Source: Hydrolagus affinis (lineage: Eukaryota). From it: a stretch of 57,727 nucleotides of DNA. The DNA is taken from positions 1 through 57,727 of the forward strand of contig JAAILG010002131.1 of NCBI GenBank assembly GCA_012026655.1. Reading direction: 5' to 3'. The position numbers and the translations under genes are program-made. The notes beneath the pieces were generated by a model. That model worked only from the letters and a program-made list of their open reading frames with translations, searched no databases and was not told the origin of the DNA. Shown in pieces: positions 52,563 to 57,727 of this stretch (within the stretch, counting starts at the first letter, position 1; each line of letters begins with the position of its first letter).

Positions 52563-53760
52563 ACTCCAGTGATTTTGTTACTATCTGCATCTTGTCTAAT
52601 ACACACAATAAAATCTACGATGTTTCGGGCAATAAAGACTTTGCCTTGTCAATCTCAGCTCACAGGCAGAGAGGAGACCAGGGAAGTGGGGCAGGGCAAG
52701 GTTGTAGAGAAGTTTCGCCCAAACAAAATACAGTCAATTCACTTTATAGTATATAATAATAATAATAATATTGTGTGAAGCCGCTTGAGACGTCTCGAAG
52801 ATGTGATATATATATATATAAAACAAACCCAAATCTGATGGTTATTACATTTTAAAGTTAAAATGAGGATCCTGTTACAAAGTCAAATGGCTATAAAAGT
52901 CTTATTTAGTGAACTGGAAACTCTTGGATCTGAATATTCAGACCCGATCGGATCATTGTAAGGTCGACACAGAATCCATAACTGCTGTAAATTTGTGACG
53001 CACAGACCATTAACATGGTTGACTATGGTATATTTCTATATCAGCGGGACTCAGTGTAATGAATGAGTCGGCTTACACGTTAACTGTTTTTTTTCTCTAA
53101 TTGCACCACCCACTGTTTTGGCAACAAACGAAGACAAGCGCTCAAACAATTACAGACGCAATACATTAATTCTGCTGCTTACACAAGCCTTCCCATTCAC
53201 TGCTGAATAATCTAAATACAGAATAAGCTTCACCACCAGAGAGAGAAATCATTGTTTTCTTCAGTCACAGCCAGGCAAGTTGGTACTTTGGATAATTGGC
53301 TTAGAAACAGCAGTCAAATTCACTTGATTTCAAACGTGGTGGGGATTTAGTAATTTCATCTTGTACAGTTACGCACAATAAAATAAAATGCAGGACATTA
53401 CAGGCAATAAAGACTATTCTTGGGTCATTTTCGCCACAAAACACAGTCACTACACGTCACAGTGAAGCGTTTTGAGATGTCTTCCTGACGTGCGAGGAGC
53501 CAGATCGAAGGTGTATAAAAAAAGAGCATTTCAATTTTACCATTTACTGCAATTCTTTGAACAGTAAGACTTGTCATATGTCAACTGTCAGTTGTAAAGT
53601 TTGCAATAAAAGGTAATGTATTAGTTCCCTGTGGGTACATTTACACTGTAAAACTCTGAAACAACAACACCAACAACACAATTACATTGATAGAGCGCCT
53701 TCACGCCGGGAGGACGTCCCACACACAACAGGCAAACAGAGAAGATTCACCAAAATGTAC

Positions 53761-53883
53761 CTTTAATATTTCCTTGTGGTGAACAGGTCTGGAATTAACA
53801 AAAATAAAACTTTTGTCGGGGCTGGTGAGACTCATCAGAGAAGGGTTGGAGTCTGGTTTGGGAAGAAAACCGCTGAGAAATAT
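53761..53883 (-). CDS. PMS1: PMS1 exon (exon 7 equivalent)
   Basis: ttacag|ATA ... AAG|gtacat, 123 nt. [41 protein letters not shown] contains the MutL transducer FIFVN.RPV motif. Confidence 0.95.
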
Positions 53884-56508
53884 CTGTAATAAAACAAACA
53901 AAACAAAAATAAAATAAAAAGAAAGAAGGACTCGTATCACAAGGCAATTACTGCAGTCGTTAAGATAACATTGAGGAGTGTAGGCCGGCGGAGGGGGGAG
54001 GGCGGAGGGGGGGGTGTTTGCTGGTGGACTCCCTCACTGTGACACCTCAGGAGATGGCAACACTAAGTGTACGTTCATAACACCCCCCTAAGAGAAAAGG
54101 GAGAAAAAAATTCAACGACGGCCCAAGTGAGCTGGTGTACACTACACTATTAGCAATAGTTTCATCAAACCTCGTGGTATCTTCAGGTAATTGCAAACGA
54201 CTGTATATTCCAGTAACTCTCTGCCATTATTATTGGAGCTTTTAGGCATATACATCGCAACATGTAATTAATTTTGTCACACCCCATTTTATATTTTTAA
54301 AAATCTTTAATTTTCAGTTTTTGGGGTCTTCCCCCCCGCCACCCCCCATCCCCGATAATGTTTCCCCCGTAACTACCTTTGTTTTAAGTTGTCAATATCT
54401 GGAGATGTTGTGTCTACCTATTAGAGTCAGCGCTGCTCTACTCTATTTTGTCCAGCAGTAACTGACCAAATTTTTTCCTTCGCATGACTGTCTGTTGGAA
54501 TGTATGTAAGGCAAAGGGTAACGGCAATCTCTATTAACCGAGTAAACATGGCGGTCGGGACAAAAACATCTGTCAGAAGTGATAAATTAGATTTTTTAAT
54601 CAACCAATAGGTTTGCAACGCGACCGTTACATACACTGTGAAAGATTTCTAAAATAACAGCTGGATTGTCATTTTATTCAGTGACCCGCTGATTCATCTC
54701 GTCCTTTGAGGTACTCTAGCTATGTTGTAAAATACAAAACAAACATAGGGATTCTTCTATCAGAAGATCCTCAAGCGTCTATTAAACCGCGCAGGGAACG
54801 CGAGGCGAGACTCACGACAGGCGAGGCTGTAAAGTCTAAACATTGGCCATGATGGAAGCTTCAATCGCAGAGCTGCAGTGCTATCCTGAGTTATTCAATA
54901 ACAACAACAACTTGTATTTATATCGCGCCCTTCATGCCGGGGTAGGGTCTCAGGACTGCAGTCCATCCCATGAAAATATACACATATACACAGTAATATA
55001 CTGTAAAGTCAACCGTTTGTATATTTGTGAGTGAAGTTAATAATGAATAATAATTCTTGCGTTTTGATAGTAATTTATCACGTCATTGAGACGCCTAGTT
55101 AAGGGCAGTGAACTCTTTGCCAAAACATGATTGTGTGTGAAATGTGTAAGCAAAGGCGACTTGTGCAAATCTGATTTCACTTGTGCAAATTCCAGTTGAG
55201 TGGCGTACAGTACTGTTATCAAATTACAGTATAATATTTTGACAGAAAACTAGCAAACTGTTCCATGCCAAACCTAACCTAGAATTTTACTAATATCCAG
55301 GGGGAAATTATGTGACTCAAATCTATCAAAAATCTGTTCACAAAAAAAAATGAAGGCAGCAAAATAAACGTAGTTTCAAACGTTTTGATAATCTGTTTTT
55401 GCTAACCTACGCAGCTGGTCAAAAACTAAATTGCTGGAAGTAACCTTGGAGCTGATCCAGATTCTGAACATCGCTAAAAATAATAACTTTACGTGACCTG
55501 TATTGAAGTCACATTCCCTCCAGAGAAGAAAGTCCTAGAAAATACAACTTTTTCCATGATTTGATGATCACATCGTAAAATTACATTTTGAGCTGTGAAG
55601 GGCATGTCAAAATTAATACATTAATGGGGCTGCCCGAGCTCACACCGCAGATTAGCACATTTCCTATCTTTTCCAGCAAATTTTTAGTGACGCCAAAACA
55701 ATAAGCATCTACAAACTAATGTATAAGAAACCATTATGACCACCAGGAAATAAACGCACCCACAAAAAACAATGATATGCTTACAGAACCTACTTTAAGA
55801 AATCTAATTTGCTTCCAAAACAACATCTTTTTTGAGGGTTCTTTTAAACAAATAAGGACACAGAACAGCAGAGCAAATCACGACTTCACAAAAGCGATAT
55901 GTTTTAGCACAGGGACTGTTAAGGCTGGACTGGAAAACTGTCAAGTCTTTCCGCAAAAAACATGTTTTGCATTTAAAAAAAAAATCTGTGCAAATAACCG
56001 GCCGTTGTTTGTAACGTTGCAATATAATTACCGCATGCAAAATCAAGCACGCATTGTTTCTTCAGGTATTTCAGTCATTAGTGAAACTTCCACTTCACAG
56101 TCAGAATGCATTTGTCAGTGCTTTAATAACCTTGTTTTCAAGCTGCCAGGTTGCAAATGGATTGCTGTGTAGGTATACTCACATTGGCAATTCAAGAGAT
56201 TTTATGTTGGCAGTGTGCATCTGTGTGCGTGAGTGTGTGTGTGTGTGTGAGGGAGGGGGTGGGGGGGTGAGGGAGAGGAGGGTAAAAGTATTCAAACAGT
56301 ATTCAAAATCCCTCAGACTACTGAACTCCCTGGATATGTGCCTGTCTTTAATCGAGCAAAGCGATCTGATTGCATTGTATTTTTTGGCTATTATTATTAA
56401 TGGTTGAAATAAGAAAAAAACAGATCGAGTGAGGAGGGAGGGTCGTGCTATTTCAAATTAATCACTTTTTTTTAAAAAAAACTATAATCTTCTGGGTTGA
56501 TAATAAAC

Positions 56509-56662
56509 AATAGGAATCTTTGCGTTTGATATCATCACGTTTCCGAGATGTTACCAAACACCCCACAGAATATACTGTAAAGTGAAATGACTGTATATAT
56601 TTTGTGGATGAAACGCGGCAGCCGATTGCGCACAGCAGCGTTCCCCCCCACCCACACACACA
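56509..56662 (-). mobile_element. Partial SINE (3' half)
   Basis: acagaatatactgtaaagtgaa..gaaacgcggcagccgattgcgcacagcagcg. Confidence 0.8.
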
Positions 56663-56817
56663 GTCAGCGCACGTGTGAGAAAAATCTGTTCTGTTTATTA
56701 AACCAGCTTCATCTCCTCAAACAGTAAAAATAAGGTTGACTGTCACAGTTGTAAAGTAGTCACAAGAGACGCGCTTGGAAAACTAACCACATGAAATTGC
56801 TGAAGCACCAATTTTTT

Positions 56818-56910
56818 TCCTCCCTCCCTCCCTCCCTCCCTCCACCTCCCTCCCTCCAACCCCTCCCTCCCTCCCTAACCCCCTCCCTCCCTCCTCTCCC
56901 TCCCTCTACC
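56818..56910. repeat. (CCCT)n microsatellite
   Basis: Directly visible. Confidence 0.9.
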
Positions 56911-56944
56911 ACCCAGAGCGTATTCACTGTAACCATATACTGAC

Positions 56945-57061
56945 CTCTGGATCTTCTTCATGATGTTGGAAAGGTACCATGTTGACCATCACAGCAGTTC
57001 CCAGAACTGTGAGCAAGGCCTTTTTGTGATCTGACACCTTGGCCTTTTGCCATACGATCGC
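56945..57061 (-). CDS. PMS1: PMS1 exon (human exon 6 equivalent)
   Basis: tttcag|GCG ... GAG|gtcagt, 117 nt. AIVWQKAKVSDHKKALLTVLGTAVMVNMVPFQHHEEDPE resembles the vertebrate PMS1 WQK..VSDHK.AL..VLGTAVM segment. Absent from the ORF track. Confidence 0.93.
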
Positions 57062-57639
57062 CTGAAATATGATGGCAACAGAAGCAAATTCTTATGACTA
57101 AATTTAGGTTTGTTTAGCGAACGAACGCCATATGCAGGTTTGAGTGCCTACACCATATTCACGTTATTTCCAGAAAACTGCACCAAGTATTCGCCCTCCT
57201 TTCGTCGGAGACGCCTGGAATGGCAGTATTAACACGAGGGTCTAGTTTTGCATAGTGTACTTGTGTTACTCCTAGAGTTTGTCATTGATAGATACACTGA
57301 AGCATCACTTAATAATTCATTGAACAGGAAACTGCATCTCGCACAATGTCACACGTCAGGATAACGTTCATAATATCATATCATAACAACCTGATCCTCA
57401 GGAATACAATACAATCCCTATAAGAGTATGTAAAGCAGAAAAACACAAAGTTAACCAATAATTTGGACCTTTTGGCCACAGTTAACTGTAACGACAACAA
57501 CAACAACACACTGCACGGCATCCCAGAGAGCTTAATAATGGTGGGGCCCCCAATGCTGAACCTGGGGTGGGGGGGTGGGGGGGGGAGGCAACCATAGGCA
57601 CAGTCCAAGAGAAACGTCTTCAGATGCAACCTGAAAATG

Positions 57640-57727
57640 GAGGCAGAGGGGGAGGTGAGGGGCTTGAGGGAGGGAGGGAGGGAGGTGAGGGAGGGAGGTG
57701 AGGGAGGGAGGGAGGGAGGGAGGGAGG
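57640..57727. repeat. (GGGA)n microsatellite
   Basis: Directly visible; runs off the window end. Confidence 0.9.

Noticed and set aside
57381-57629. Possible PMS1 exon 5 near the window end
   Set aside because: Lacks the expected GTTV..LF.NLPVR motif; exon 5 must lie beyond the window.

Overview
Vertebrate genomic DNA, most likely from a cartilaginous fish (inferred from the repeat families). Two spliced genes converge tail to tail. On the + strand are exons 2 and 3 of a myostatin gene (MSTN/GDF8; exon 1 lies upstream of the window). On the - strand are the last eight coding exons of the MutL-family gene PMS1 (human-equivalent exons 6-13). All ten exons have canonical AG acceptors, the eight internal exons have GT donors, and the phases are consistent. 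The ~29 kb between the genes has no recognisable coding sequence. It holds many copies of a tRNA-headed SINE with an L2-type tail, short L2/CR1 3' ends, an LF-SINE-like relic, microsatellites and candidate regulatory blocks. The best leads are a mature ligand that mixes GDF8 and GDF11 diagnostic residues, an inverted SINE pair sharing extra flank, two myogenic motif clusters and a CTCF-like site. I found no evidence for a wholly new biological system. Almost all other ORFs in the track are noise from repeats or low-complexity sequence.
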